The notes: a model not told the origin generated them from the letters alone. Counted from the first letter of the stretch, positions 1-10,182 are shown. The stretch is 54,177 nucleotides of DNA from a bacterium (GCA_046757525.1 JBHHYI010000006.1:1-54177); one strand, 5' to 3'. Program-made: numbers and translations.

Positions 1-716
1 TCCCCGGCCAACTCCTTTGACAAAATCCGGGCGCTTAAAGGGATGCGCAACAAACTGTCCAGCACGAAACGGATAGGATTCACGCCCTCGACCAGGCGTA
101 CGGTCAGTTGCGGATCGTCGGACAGCACCGTCCCGATGCCAACCAAAATGGCGTCGTTTTGGCTGCGCAGTTGGTGCGCGTAACGCCGCGCGGGCTCGGA
201 AGTAATCCATTTGGAAGCGCCGGTTTTGGTAGCGATTCTGCCGTCCAGAGTCTGGGCAATTTTCAGCGTGGTCAAAGGCAACCCGCTCTTGACGTACTTG
301 AAATAGGCCTCGTTAAGATGCTCACACCGATTCTCCAAGACACCAGCTTGCACTTGCACCCCGTGTTCTTGTAAGAATCTGATGCCGCTTCCATCGACGA
401 TGGGGTTGGGGTCGCGCGTGCCGATGACCACCCGCTCAATCCCTTGCTGAACGATCCTTTCCACGCAGGGCGGTTGCTTGCCGTAATGGGAACACGGTTC
501 CAGGTTGACGTAAAGCGTAGCTCCTTTTACGCTTTCCCTCGCCTTGTTGCACGCCACGACCTCGGCATGTTCTCCGCCAAATCTTTGGTGAAAGCCTTCA
601 GCGATAATTCCATTATTTTTAACGATTACCGCCCCGACCATGGGGTTGGGACTCACAAGGCCACGGCCTTTTTCAGCAAGCTCGAGGGTCTTTTCTATGA
701 AAGCTTCGTCGGTCAA
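1..716 (-). CDS. ribD: Riboflavin biosynthesis deaminase/reductase RibD (partial, runs off the window start)
   Basis: Manual translation from TTG at 716: LTDEAFIEKTLELAEKGRGLVSPNPMVGAVIVK...HAEV...LYVNLEPCSHYGKQPPC, which has the HAE and PCxxxxxxxxC deaminase motifs. Absent from the ORF track because it has no stop in the window. Confidence 0.93.
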   Translation of the reverse strand, partial: MTDEAFIEKTLELAEKGRGLVSPNPMVGAVIVKNNGIIAEGFHQRFGGEHAEVVACNKARESVKGATLYVNLEPCSHYGKQPPCVERIVQQGIERVVIGTRDPNPIVDGSGIRFLQEHGVQVQAGVLENRCEHLNEAYFKYVKSGLPLTTLKIAQTLDGRIATKTGASKWITSEPARRYAHQLRSQNDAILVGIGTVLSDDPQLTVRLVEGVNPIRFVLDSLLRIPLSARILSKELAG

Positions 717-749
717 CTCTGGTAATTAAACCTTTTAAATATTGGCACT

Positions 750-778
750 AATATAAAGATATTTTAACTGTGTGTCAA
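750..778 (-). promoter_or_regulatory. Sigma70-type promoter for ribD
   Basis: Minus strand TTGACA (778-773), 17-bp spacer, TATATT (755-750). Confidence 0.7.
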
Positions 779-1049
779 GCTTTTTTAGAACGACTATTTT
801 GCCATAATGTTACCTGGATTGACCGGCAAAAAACCGACCCCGGTAAAACAGTGCGCTGCCTTGCAAAGAACCCGTCGCAATTGCGGCTGTTTTAAAGAGG
901 CCCAAACACACAACTCAAACGCTCTAACCTTTGGTTGATCGTGGGAGCAAAAAACATTTAATAGCAACGATGAGGAAATAATGTTGCGGCGCAAAGCAGT
1001 TCTTAATAATGAAAGGAATTTGGAATCTTATAATTTTCTGGAAGTTAAA

Positions 1050-2555
1050 ATGAAAACAAGAATTTTCTCACAAGCGACGTTTTTTATTCTCTTGTCCCTT
1101 TCAATGCTATTTCTTATCTCCTGCGCAGTCAATCCCGTGACGGGTAAGAAGGAATTGAGCCTGCTTAGCTACAAAGGTGAAAATAGCCTGGGGAGACGAG
1201 CGGATCAACAAATCGTTTCCATGATAGGTCTCTATTATGAGAAACCTGCAGTTGGAAAATATGTGAATGAATTGGGACAAGAGATGGCGATAATTTCTCA
1301 CCGACCCTTTTTGCAATACCATTTTCGGGTTTTGGACAGCCCAGTGGTCAATGCGTTTGCCTTGCCGGGCGGATATGTTTATGTTACGCGGGGCCTCTTA
1401 GCCTACATGAATTCAGAAGCAGAATTGGCGGGCGTCGAGGGACACGAAATTGGACACATCACTGCAAGACATGCTGCCAGTCAGTACACCAAGGCTCAGC
1501 TTAGCCAGATAGGTTTCGGCATGGGAAGCATCCTGTTCCCTCCGTCGGTTCTCGTTGGCAATGCGGTTCAAGCCGGTGTAGGGCTGCTGTTTCTGGGATT
1601 CAGTCGCGGTTATGAGCGCCAGGCTGATTCATTGGGTGTGGAATATTCAAGCAGAATCGGTTATGATGCCGGTCAGATGGCGCACTTTTTCACGACACTT
1701 CACCGCCTGCAAGAACAAAGCGGCCAAGGTTTACCCGATTGGCTCTCCACCCACCCGGATCCGGAAGATCGTGAAGTGGCCACGTTAAGAATGGCCACGA
1801 GATGGCAGAAAAAATGGCAACGAGTACTCCCGTCTTACACATTCAAGGTAGAACGAGATCATTATTTAGACACCATCGACGGTCTTGTCTTCGGACCAGA
1901 GCGACGTCGGGGGTTGGTCCGAAATGGATATTTTTACCACGCACTTTTAGATTATCAATTTCCGATTCCCGAGGGTTGGCAATTGATGAATAGTCCGCAG
2001 CAAATTCAAATGATAAACAACAGCCGGACTGCCGTCATTGAGTTAACCCTTTCACAACAGCCAAGCGCCAAAAGTGCCGCTGAGAAACTTGTGGCGGATG
2101 CCCGTGGTAAAATAATTCATTCGGAGAGGGCAACCGTAAATGGTTACACAACTGAGATTAGAGAAATTGAAATGAGAAGGGAAATACAAACAGCGCAAAC
2201 GAGGCGAATGGATCTACCAGAAACGGAAACCTTCAAGCTGCTGGCTTATTTCATTGAAAAGGACGGTCAGGTTTATGCTTTCCAGGCTCTTTGCAGGCGA
2301 AGGTATTATAGAAAGAATGAAAGCTCATTCAAATACACCATGAACAATTTTGATCGCCTGAAAAATCAAGAAATCAAGAATATGAGACCAACGCGCATAA
2401 AGGTGGTAAGAGTAACCCAAAGCACTACCTTACAAGATTTTTTGGCTCGCTATCCCAACGATCAACTGTCAAAGGACAGAATGGCAATTCTAAATGGAAT
2501 GAATCTAACAGATAGACTTCAACCCGCGGATAGGATCAAGATTCTAACCAATTGA
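1050..2555 (+). CDS. M48 family zinc metalloprotease lipoprotein (BepA/YfgC-like) with C-terminal LysM-like region
   Basis: Lipobox LISC-AVNPVTG, NAFALPGG, GHEIGH, LSTHP. Start at MKTRIF (1050) preferred over 981. Confidence 0.88.
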   Translation: MKTRIFSQATFFILLSLSMLFLISCAVNPVTGKKELSLLSYKGENSLGRRADQQIVSMIGLYYEKPAVGKYVNELGQEMAIISHRPFLQYHFRVLDSPVVNAFALPGGYVYVTRGLLAYMNSEAELAGVEGHEIGHITARHAASQYTKAQLSQIGFGMGSILFPPSVLVGNAVQAGVGLLFLGFSRGYERQADSLGVEYSSRIGYDAGQMAHFFTTLHRLQEQSGQGLPDWLSTHPDPEDREVATLRMATRWQKKWQRVLPSYTFKVERDHYLDTIDGLVFGPERRRGLVRNGYFYHALLDYQFPIPEGWQLMNSPQQIQMINNSRTAVIELTLSQQPSAKSAAEKLVADARGKIIHSERATVNGYTTEIREIEMRREIQTAQTRRMDLPETETFKLLAYFIEKDGQVYAFQALCRRRYYRKNESSFKYTMNNFDRLKNQEIKNMRPTRIKVVRVTQSTTLQDFLARYPNDQLSKDRMAILNGMNLTDRLQPADRIKILTN

Positions 2556-2695
2556 CAAACCTCATGTGCTTTATGGGGATCCCAGGGCGTGCAGAATGCG
2601 CTGCCATTCAGGCACGGAATTGATTTCCGCACCTGGTATGTTGGCGCTGCCGCCCCGTTTTGACAGTCACCACAACGGTACGTTTGCCCTCCACT

Positions 2696-2743
2696 ATACC
2701 ACGTATAGTGCCATCTGTTATATTCATACACAATATTTTGTAT
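2696..2743 (+). promoter_or_regulatory. Tandem NrdR boxes
   Basis: ATACCACGTATAGTGC (2696-2711) and ACACAATATTTTGTAT (2728-2743), 32 bp apart, match acaCwAtATaTwGtg and lie upstream of nrdJ. Confidence 0.8.
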
Positions 2744-2750
2744 TTTTTGC

Positions 2751-2779
2751 TTGACATTCCCCGGAGGGTTTCGTATATT
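2751..2779 (+). promoter_or_regulatory. Sigma70-type promoter for nrdJ
   Basis: TTGACA (2751-2756), 17 bp, TATATT (2774-2779). Confidence 0.75.
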
Positions 2780-2983
2780 ACAAGCGTTCTGAAACGCTAG
2801 CCATTCACTAAGAATGCTTCGCGTCTTTTGGTACTGACAAACGCTGCCGCCCCTCAAGCGTGTCAGCGTTCCCAACAGGTGTAAACGACACAGCGCTGTA
2901 CTCGACTGCAAGAATCCGATCGCGAAATAATTTCGTTAAATATTTCACCCAGTCACATTCCTAACAGAGGAAGAGGTTTTGTC

Positions 2984-5452
2984 ATGCAAGATAAGAATCA
3001 TCCCAGTGGGGCTATCCTTGGAGCTGTTGCTGAGAAGTCCAATGGCAACACTTTAGATAAGAAGCCGCAGGCGGAAGGCAGCGGCAACAGTATTTTCATG
3101 CCGGGCAGGCTTCTGGTCGATCTGATCAAAAAAGAATTTGGCGGTGTTTTCACGGTTGAAGCCATCGAACGGGCTGAAAAAGTGCAAAGCTATTACCCGG
3201 ACAACAAACTGGCGGCCGATGTCATTCGGTCGAAATACCTGGCGGCTCAAGAAAGTGGCCCCTTGCACCTCTGGTACCGTATTGCCAAAGCAGTGGCCTC
3301 TGTGGAAGCAGACCGGCAACGCTGGTTTAAAGAATTCTTCACAATTCTTTTCGATTTCAAGTTTCTACCGGGAGGCCGGGTCATGCACGGCGCCGGCCGG
3401 GAAGACGCGGTGCGGCGCCCTACCCTCTCCAATTGCTACGTCATCCCCATCGAAGAAGATAGCCTGGAAGGGATTTACCGCTGCTTGTGGGAGGCGGCGA
3501 TGGTCTATCGCACTGGCGGCGGCGTTGGCACGGATTTGTCTATTCTGCGTCCGGAAGGGGCACCGGTGAACGCCACGGTTGACCACTCACCGGGTGCCAC
3601 AGCTTTCATGAATCTGTTGAGCGAAAGCACCAACACAGTCTCCCAGGCCGGCAGGCGCGGCGCACTTATGCTTACCCTGCGCGTTGATCACCCGGACATC
3701 GAGAAGTTTATCGTCATCAAAAACGACGAGCACCGCCAGAAAGTCAAGTACGCCAACATCAGCGTGCTCATCACCCACGAATTCATGGATGCTGTCCTCA
3801 ACGATAAGGATTTCGATCTGCGCTGGCCTTGCATTCCCGGACAGGTTGGTATTCATCCAACCAGAGTTTACAAAACCGTTCGCGCCCGGGAACTATGGAA
3901 CAAGATCATTGAAAACGCGCACGCTTCCGCAGAGCCTGGCATCATCTTTTGGGACACCATGAAGGATTATCACAATGTGGAGTACGTCAACCCCCTTTCC
4001 AGCACCAATCCATGCGGCGAGCAGCCGTTGGCTGCTTTTACCGCCTGCAATTTGGGCAACCTGAATCTGGTAAAATTCGTTCGGGAAGACGACACTTTTG
4101 ACTTTGAGGATTTCAGCGCATGCATCCGCACGGCCACCCGCTTCATGGACGACGTCATCACCTACAACATGGATTTTCATGCCTTTCAAAAGATCAGAGA
4201 CGCCGTGGCTTCGGATCGACGCGTCGGTCTGGGCATTACCGGCTTAGGAGATGCTTTGGTGCTCATGAAAACAAAATACGATTCCGACGCGGCCCTCAAG
4301 ACCGTGGATCAAATCATGAAAACGTTGCGCGATGTTTCCTATGAAACTTCTGTCGAGTTGGCCAAAGAAAAGGGGGCATTCCCCCTGTTCCAGTGGAACG
4401 GTTACAGCAAGAGCAAATTCGTCAAGCACCTGCCGAAAAGCTTGCGCGAAAACATCAAAAGCCATGGCATTCGCAACGCCACGGTTCTTACCGTACCACC
4501 GGTTGGTACTGGTTCCATCATCGCTGAAACCAGCTCAGGCATCGAACCCATTTTCTGCACTGGCTACACGCGACGGGTGAAGAATGACGACGGCGAGTCC
4601 TTCCGTGAATACAAGGTCTACCACCCGCTGATAAGAAGGCTTTTCGGCACCGATGAGAGTCTACCGGATTACGTGGTCACGGCACATGACATTGACCCGT
4701 ACTTCCGCGTCAAAATGCAAGGGGTGATCCAGAAATACATCGACAGCAGCGTCTCTTCAACCGTGAATCTACCAGAGGATATCGACGTCAAAACCGTAGC
4801 GGACATCTACATTACCGCCTACAAAGCCGGTTTGAAAGGCATCACCGTGTACCGCGAGGGGAGCCGGGAAGGCATTCTAAGAACCGACCGCTCGAAACAA
4901 GTCCAGGTAGACCAGCACGGATACCACCCGCGTACCCGGCCCAAAATCACCCGCGGCATCACCGAACGCATCCGCACGGGCGAGGGGAATCTCTACGTAA
5001 CCATCAATGAAGATGAGGATGGTGTGTGCGAGGTGTTTTCGAACATTGGCAAAGCCGGCGGGAATGCAGCGGCTCAGACCGAGGCCATTAGTCGGCTGCT
5101 GTCACTGGCGCTCAGGTCCAGCATCGATCCCAAAGAAATCATCAGCCAACTGAAGGGCATTTCCGGACCGGCACCGGTTTGGGAAAACGGCGAGCTCATG
5201 CTCTCAACCCCGGACGCCATCGGCAAGGCCCTGGAGCGCTACCTCAGGCGTAAGGGCCAACTTGCAGCTAACGAAGCTACTGCTGCCCCTGTACCGCCAG
5301 GCAGCGCCTCCCCTGAAACACAGGTGCCCCGGAGTCAGGAAACCACCGGATCCGGTGCCGTCGAAATCGTGACCTGCCCGGACTGCGGCTCATCGGTCAC
5401 TCACGAAATGGGTTGTGTGGTGTGTTATCATTGCGGATGGTCAAAATGTTAG
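2984..5452 (+). CDS. nrdJ: Class II (adenosylcobalamin-dependent) ribonucleotide reductase with C-terminal TSCPD-like domain and zinc ribbon
   Basis: PGGR, TLSNCYV, GGGVG, GRRGA, TNPCGEQPL, CNLG, PPVGT, GITVYR motifs; C-terminal CPDCG...CYHCGWSKC. Confidence 0.95.
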   Translation: MQDKNHPSGAILGAVAEKSNGNTLDKKPQAEGSGNSIFMPGRLLVDLIKKEFGGVFTVEAIERAEKVQSYYPDNKLAADVIRSKYLAAQESGPLHLWYRIAKAVASVEADRQRWFKEFFTILFDFKFLPGGRVMHGAGREDAVRRPTLSNCYVIPIEEDSLEGIYRCLWEAAMVYRTGGGVGTDLSILRPEGAPVNATVDHSPGATAFMNLLSESTNTVSQAGRRGALMLTLRVDHPDIEKFIVIKNDEHRQKVKYANISVLITHEFMDAVLNDKDFDLRWPCIPGQVGIHPTRVYKTVRARELWNKIIENAHASAEPGIIFWDTMKDYHNVEYVNPLSSTNPCGEQPLAAFTACNLGNLNLVKFVREDDTFDFEDFSACIRTATRFMDDVITYNMDFHAFQKIRDAVASDRRVGLGITGLGDALVLMKTKYDSDAALKTVDQIMKTLRDVSYETSVELAKEKGAFPLFQWNGYSKSKFVKHLPKSLRENIKSHGIRNATVLTVPPVGTGSIIAETSSGIEPIFCTGYTRRVKNDDGESFREYKVYHPLIRRLFGTDESLPDYVVTAHDIDPYFRVKMQGVIQKYIDSSVSSTVNLPEDIDVKTVADIYITAYKAGLKGITVYREGSREGILRTDRSKQVQVDQHGYHPRTRPKITRGITERIRTGEGNLYVTINEDEDGVCEVFSNIGKAGGNAAAQTEAISRLLSLALRSSIDPKEIISQLKGISGPAPVWENGELMLSTPDAIGKALERYLRRKGQLAANEATAAPVPPGSASPETQVPRSQETTGSGAVEIVTCPDCGSSVTHEMGCVVCYHCGWSKC

Positions 5453-5578
5453 CACGAAGATAGCAGAAATAATCGCAACGCCGTGTACGTTTTTTATTCT
5501 TAGAGACGTAGTCCCTTTGTTAAAACGACTGCGGATTGGATGGTATCTTAGAAAGCTAAACGACATGGTGGGTACCAC

Positions 5579-5609
5579 AAAAGGGCATCTTTTTTTCGGA
5601 TGCCCTTTT
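5579..5609. terminator. Bidirectional intrinsic terminator between convergent nrdJ and the 1003-aa gene
   Basis: AAAAGGGCATC / GATGCCCTTTT inverted repeat. Confidence 0.8.
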
Positions 5610-5643
5610 ATTATGGGGTCTGACAGCTTCTCTAATTCAAGAC

Positions 5644-8600
5644 CTACCGCACCAAGACCAGCTTCTTGGTTGCAGAATAGTCGCCAGCAATAATCTGGTA
5701 AAGGTAAACACCGCTGGCAACCGGCGACTTTTGCTCGTCGGTGCTGTCCCATTCAACTCGATGCTCCCCGGCTGGCAACGTGTCGTCTAAAAGCGTGGCG
5801 ATGACCTGGCCCTTGAGATTGATGATTCTCAAGGTGGTATGCAAGGAGGTCGGCAAACCAAACACAATAGTAGTGCTCGGATTGAATGGGTTGGGATAAT
5901 TCTGTTCCAGATGAAATCTGTTGGGAATGGCGTTTTCCTGATCGCGATTCTTAAAGCTCTTGACAACCAGGCTGTAACTACCTGTTCGATTTACCAGAAC
6001 GGAAATAGACTTGTTGTCTCGGTACAGTTCTCCTCCTAAAACCACCCACCGGTCTTTCTCTAAATAGGCCACAGCCAGGTCGGTTTCAGAAAGCAACGCC
6101 AAATCGTTCCTGTCATAATAAAAGGCCAAGTCAGCCATTTTCTTGAACGTCACATGATCTGGCGTCACGGAATAGCCCAGGCCAGTTGAGGTTAAATCGC
6201 GTGGCAGAAGCGATGTGGGATCGACACCGAATTGGTAATTGTCCCCCAAAGCCACAGTAGCAAAGTAACCATCTTGGACCAAAGCATCAGCCGGCAAGCT
6301 CAAGCGCAGTTTGCCGTCAGCGCTTGAAATCCTACCCCCTTTTTGGGAAGCGATGAAGTCAACATGAAATTGTAGACTATCCTGTCCCCTGACGGTGCCA
6401 TATTCATGCTCCGCACCAATGATTAAGCTGGCGGTGCCGCTTGCGAATAACTTGAATTCAGGAAACTCGAACACCGTGTTTGAATCGCTTAAACTGTGAA
6501 AATCTAAGTGAACGATCGAATCCGCCAGGGCCAGTTGCCCTGCAACGCTCAATGGATTTAGAGGCGCCTCGCTTTGGAGAAAAAAATCCAGGTAGTCAGG
6601 CTTGTCCGGATTGTTCCAGATTCTGGTGGCAAATCGTGGAACGGTTAAATCCTCAGGAATGATCACCATAGCCTTGACCCAGAGATTACACCCGACGTCG
6701 AGTTTGGCCCAGCTTAGTCGTTCTTCGCTAAACACCGAAGAACGATCCGTCGGAATTCTGGCCGTGTCGAGAATGGCAAACACCGTGTCTTCGGCGCTGG
6801 CATCCACAAGCTCCCACGCAATATGAAAATCTTCACCTTTGGTTAGCGAAATGTGTTTGTCGCTGAAATCCGCCAGGTTCCAGTTGATGACACCGGGTTT
6901 CACAGCAGACATGACCACGTCCACCGAATCGATCTTGTGGGCCGGGAAACCCAGACTGTCGTCATACACAAATACTCGAAGCGCCCCACCTCTACCCTGC
7001 TGCTTCCAAACAGCAATTTCAGCGCCCGACAAGACCCCATCTGAGCGTGGGGTCAAACGCACGGCGAAGGAGCTAAGCTTTTCAGAACTGCCTACCTGAG
7101 ACGGCAGGCTCAATCCCGCCATGATTGTTTTGCTCAGTTTGTCGTAGTACTGCAACGTATCGACAAACACGGCTCTGCTGCCCGGTTTTCTGATGTCCAG
7201 CTCGTATTCGGAAAAAGGGTGTGCGGCCGATTCCTGCGTTGAATAGGTCATCAAAACGACTTTGTCGTACGCTGGGGCAAAACTGGAAATCGTGAGCGAG
7301 CCCTTGCCACGTTCATCTAATGGGAAATCCTCGATTTGTGGCTCCATGTTGGACGCGATCCTGATCAGCCTGGCTTGTAGCTCCGGAGCATTGCCGATAC
7401 AATCAAGCGAGATTACCAGACCAGTTCTCCTGGGAATTTGGTAATAGTCGGCGGCATAGGCATGGACGCGTTCCACAGTTTGGTGTCCGACAAAACGACC
7501 GAACGCGTGGGTAAATCTTTGCCTTGGCAGTTTCAAAGAGGGGTAACTTAGAAGACTGCTGTCATCGACGATAGCCCCCAAGCAGTTCGCCACAGCCCAG
7601 TTGGTGAAAATCTCGTCAAAAGTTAACCCCGAAACGCGCAAGTTTATGACCTCTTGCAAGCCAGCAATGCCGGTCTTAGAATCTGCCACAATATCGCGGG
7701 CCAGGGCATCGCCCCCGTAGTGATCCAGCAAATAGAGAATCCAAAGAAAGGCTCTGGCATAATCCGCCGGCCGGTTAGACCAGCGCATCAGTGTGTGATC
7801 GGGTTGATCCAGAAAAAAGGCTGGATCATTGCCCCAGCCCAGGTTGTTCCGAAATATGGCATACTCAGACAGACCTTCGTTGATCCAGGCCTCCTCGTTA
7901 GGGTCATGATTCCAGTGAATCAAGTGCTGAAATTGGTGGGCCAGGGTGCCGGCCACATCTCGGGCCCCAAATTGGTTTAAGCGCGTCACATCGAGGTAAA
8001 GCAACTCGCGCTCGTTGCTGTTTGGAAACCGCTTTTTCGGAAACTGATTCACCGGCCAAAAGGTACCGGCGATGTGGCCAGAATCATTCTGCTCTTCCGC
8101 CATTGGATACAAAAGGATGGTGATGAGTGAATCGCCGTCGATCCCGGGATTCGGTTCTGCGCCGAAGACTTCCGTGTTGGTAGGATAAATCTGAAAATCA
8201 AAAAGATCGATTAAGGTGTCCAGGTCCGCGCCACGCCACGTTTCACTGGTATCAACATAGATGTAGGCATGAACGCCGTGCCTTACGAGGCGCGCCACCA
8301 CGTCTCTAACCGTTGGTTTTTCCTTGGTGAAATCGATGGCCGTAAAAGTTCGGAGCTCTCCTGGTTTGTCTAAACCGGACCTGTTGTGAACACTGCCATA
8401 CAATCCCCTGGGTTGCTCAAGCCCCCTGGTAGCATCCCGGAGTTGAGACAATCCACAAAGCCTCGAGCCTTTGGACTCTTGCACCCCGTTCCCCGGCACG
8501 CCGATATTTTTGTAATAATGTTTGAAGTTGTGGATTTTGACTTTCTGTGAAGTGTGGGCAAAGAGTGGCAAACATAGCAGGAGTAGAATAACCGGACCAG

Positions 8601-8655
8601 CCTTGCCGCCAGCACACAGTAGTATGCTTCTCAGAACTTTAGTCTCCTTCACCAT
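5644..8655 (-). CDS. Secreted multidomain protein: M30/M6-like metallopeptidase domain (HQxxH variant) plus C-terminal FlgD-Ig/T9SS-type sorting domain
   Basis: Signal-like LLLLCLPLFA; GIDGD, TLAHQFQHLIH, WINEGLSE; C-terminal QNYPNPFNPSTTI...ASGVYLYQI...KKLVLVR. Confidence 0.8.
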   Translation of the reverse strand: MVKETKVLRSILLCAGGKAGPVILLLLCLPLFAHTSQKVKIHNFKHYYKNIGVPGNGVQESKGSRLCGLSQLRDATRGLEQPRGLYGSVHNRSGLDKPGELRTFTAIDFTKEKPTVRDVVARLVRHGVHAYIYVDTSETWRGADLDTLIDLFDFQIYPTNTEVFGAEPNPGIDGDSLITILLYPMAEEQNDSGHIAGTFWPVNQFPKKRFPNSNERELLYLDVTRLNQFGARDVAGTLAHQFQHLIHWNHDPNEEAWINEGLSEYAIFRNNLGWGNDPAFFLDQPDHTLMRWSNRPADYARAFLWILYLLDHYGGDALARDIVADSKTGIAGLQEVINLRVSGLTFDEIFTNWAVANCLGAIVDDSSLLSYPSLKLPRQRFTHAFGRFVGHQTVERVHAYAADYYQIPRRTGLVISLDCIGNAPELQARLIRIASNMEPQIEDFPLDERGKGSLTISSFAPAYDKVVLMTYSTQESAAHPFSEYELDIRKPGSRAVFVDTLQYYDKLSKTIMAGLSLPSQVGSSEKLSSFAVRLTPRSDGVLSGAEIAVWKQQGRGGALRVFVYDDSLGFPAHKIDSVDVVMSAVKPGVINWNLADFSDKHISLTKGEDFHIAWELVDASAEDTVFAILDTARIPTDRSSVFSEERLSWAKLDVGCNLWVKAMVIIPEDLTVPRFATRIWNNPDKPDYLDFFLQSEAPLNPLSVAGQLALADSIVHLDFHSLSDSNTVFEFPEFKLFASGTASLIIGAEHEYGTVRGQDSLQFHVDFIASQKGGRISSADGKLRLSLPADALVQDGYFATVALGDNYQFGVDPTSLLPRDLTSTGLGYSVTPDHVTFKKMADLAFYYDRNDLALLSETDLAVAYLEKDRWVVLGGELYRDNKSISVLVNRTGSYSLVVKSFKNRDQENAIPNRFHLEQNYPNPFNPSTTIVFGLPTSLHTTLRIINLKGQVIATLLDDTLPAGEHRVEWDSTDEQKSPVASGVYLYQIIAGDYSATKKLVLVR

Positions 8656-9067
8656 GGATTATCTCATAATGAATGACTTCCAAAGAATCCCTTACGCCCA
8701 TTTCGCTTTTCTTGCGATGAACATAGCCCAACACTTCTACTTTTCGATTCTTCAAATTGCTCAACTCGAACTGTTTGTCACCGATGATGAAATATACCTC
8801 CCCGTTTTCGCCTTCTAAAGCCAAATGGGAAGAAGAATCGATCTTGGAAATGTAGACTACCCCCCGATAAACTTTCGGATCACCAACCTTGCGTTGGTTT
8901 TCCCTATCGGCATCCGCAGCGACCCCTGTGGAACGATGAGATTTCTTGAGTTCTATTTTGGGTTGTGCTTCTTCTTCGTGATTTTTCGAACAGCCAACCA
9001 ATGTGGCAATCGAGTAAAAAACAAGCAAAAGGGAATGTATGAGATATGAGTGCATTCTAAAATACAT
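8639..9067 (-). CDS. Hypothetical lipoprotein
   Basis: GGAGG RBS before ATG 9067; lipobox TLVGC; overlaps the start of the next gene. Confidence 0.7.
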   Translation of the reverse strand: MYFRMHSYLIHSLLLVFYSIATLVGCSKNHEEEAQPKIELKKSHRSTGVAADADRENQRKVGDPKVYRGVVYISKIDSSSHLALEGENGEVYFIIGDKQFELSNLKNRKVEVLGYVHRKKSEMGVRDSLEVIHYEIIHGEGD

Positions 9068-9090
9068 GACGTCCTCCAAACTGCTGCTAC

Positions 9091-9789
9091 CTATCGTGTC
9101 AAAGCCAACTGCACAGCCCGCTTAGCCAATACTTCCAGAGAATCAAATATCGGGACAGCCAGGCTCAATTCAGACTGAACTAAGCTCAATTCCGTGCATC
9201 CCAAGATCACCGCCTGCGCCCCTTTTTTCACCAGTTGACGGGCGAATGCTTCAACCGCTACGACGTTTTTGGTTTTACCTTTTATGCGGTAAATCACCGA
9301 CTGCAGATCCTTCAATTCCCAGGCATCCGGCACGATCACTGCGATGCCGCGTTTTTGAAAGGCTTGTTGGTACAGTTGAGATTGAATGGTACCCGAGGTG
9401 GCCAACAGCCCTACGGTCTCGTAATCGCCATTCTCTTGCAAACAGGCCTCCAACACTTCCTGGATTAGATTTAAGATCTCAACTTTGCACTGAGAGGCCA
9501 TCTGCTCATAATAAAAGTGGGCGCTGTTGCAGGGAATACAGACAAAGTCGGCCCCGGCTTGTTCAAGCAGGGCAAGACTCCGGAGCAATTCCGGCAGGGG
9601 GTCTTCGCCCTGTTTGAGAATGCCTTTTGTGCGGTCCGGTATTTGAGGGTTGTTGTAGATTAGGACAGGAATATGGTTCTGATCCACCTTTGCAGGCGTC
9701 AAATCAACGATTCTCTGAAAAAAGAGCGCCGTGGCTTCAGGGCCCATTCCACCCAACACGCCAATGGTCTTCGGAGTTTTACGGTTCAT
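9091..9789 (-). CDS. PLP-independent aspartate/amino-acid racemase (RacX/YgeA family)
   Basis: IGVLGGMGPEAT, PCNSAH, LGCTEL two-cysteine motifs. Confidence 0.92.
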   Translation of the reverse strand: MNRKTPKTIGVLGGMGPEATALFFQRIVDLTPAKVDQNHIPVLIYNNPQIPDRTKGILKQGEDPLPELLRSLALLEQAGADFVCIPCNSAHFYYEQMASQCKVEILNLIQEVLEACLQENGDYETVGLLATSGTIQSQLYQQAFQKRGIAVIVPDAWELKDLQSVIYRIKGKTKNVVAVEAFARQLVKKGAQAVILGCTELSLVQSELSLAVPIFDSLEVLAKRAVQLALTR

Positions 9790-9831
9790 ATTTCTCAAAT
9801 GAAAAAAATAGTAAGAGTCGAGCCGAGGATT

Positions 9832-10182
9832 TTACAAATCATCTTCATCCGTGCCCGGGGCACTTGAGGCCTCCTCTTCCGCTTCCTCCACTATCTGGTC
9901 AAAATCTTCTCCGAGGTCTTCCCCCATTTCCTGCCCCATCTTTTTCATGAACCTGGCCAGGCTCTTGGGATCATTCTCATCGAAATCGCCCCATCGGCTC
10001 GGATCCGCCAAACGCTCCATGCGGCTCTCCTCGGAACGAACCGCTGCAAAGCGAGACAGGACACGCCGCAACTTAGTGCTGCTGCATTTTTCGCACTTGC
10101 CGGTGAAAGGCTCTGAGGTTTTAAGAATCAAGAAACTGGACTTCTTGCCGCATTCCTGGCAAACATATTCGTAGATAGGCAT
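9832..10182 (-). CDS. FmdB family zinc-ribbon protein
   Basis: MPIYEYVCQECG...CEKC; AAGGAG RBS. Confidence 0.88.
   Translation of the reverse strand: MPIYEYVCQECGKKSSFLILKTSEPFTGKCEKCSSTKLRRVLSRFAAVRSEESRMERLADPSRWGDFDENDPKSLARFMKKMGQEMGEDLGEDFDQIVEEAEEEASSAPGTDEDDL

Noticed and set aside
717..1049. FMN riboswitch upstream of ribD
   Set aside because: The predicted promoter is about 30 nt from the start codon, leaving no room, and no RFN core sequences were seen
2984..5452. Intein or intron in nrdJ
   Set aside because: Catalytic motifs are contiguous, the length is normal and no splice motifs are present
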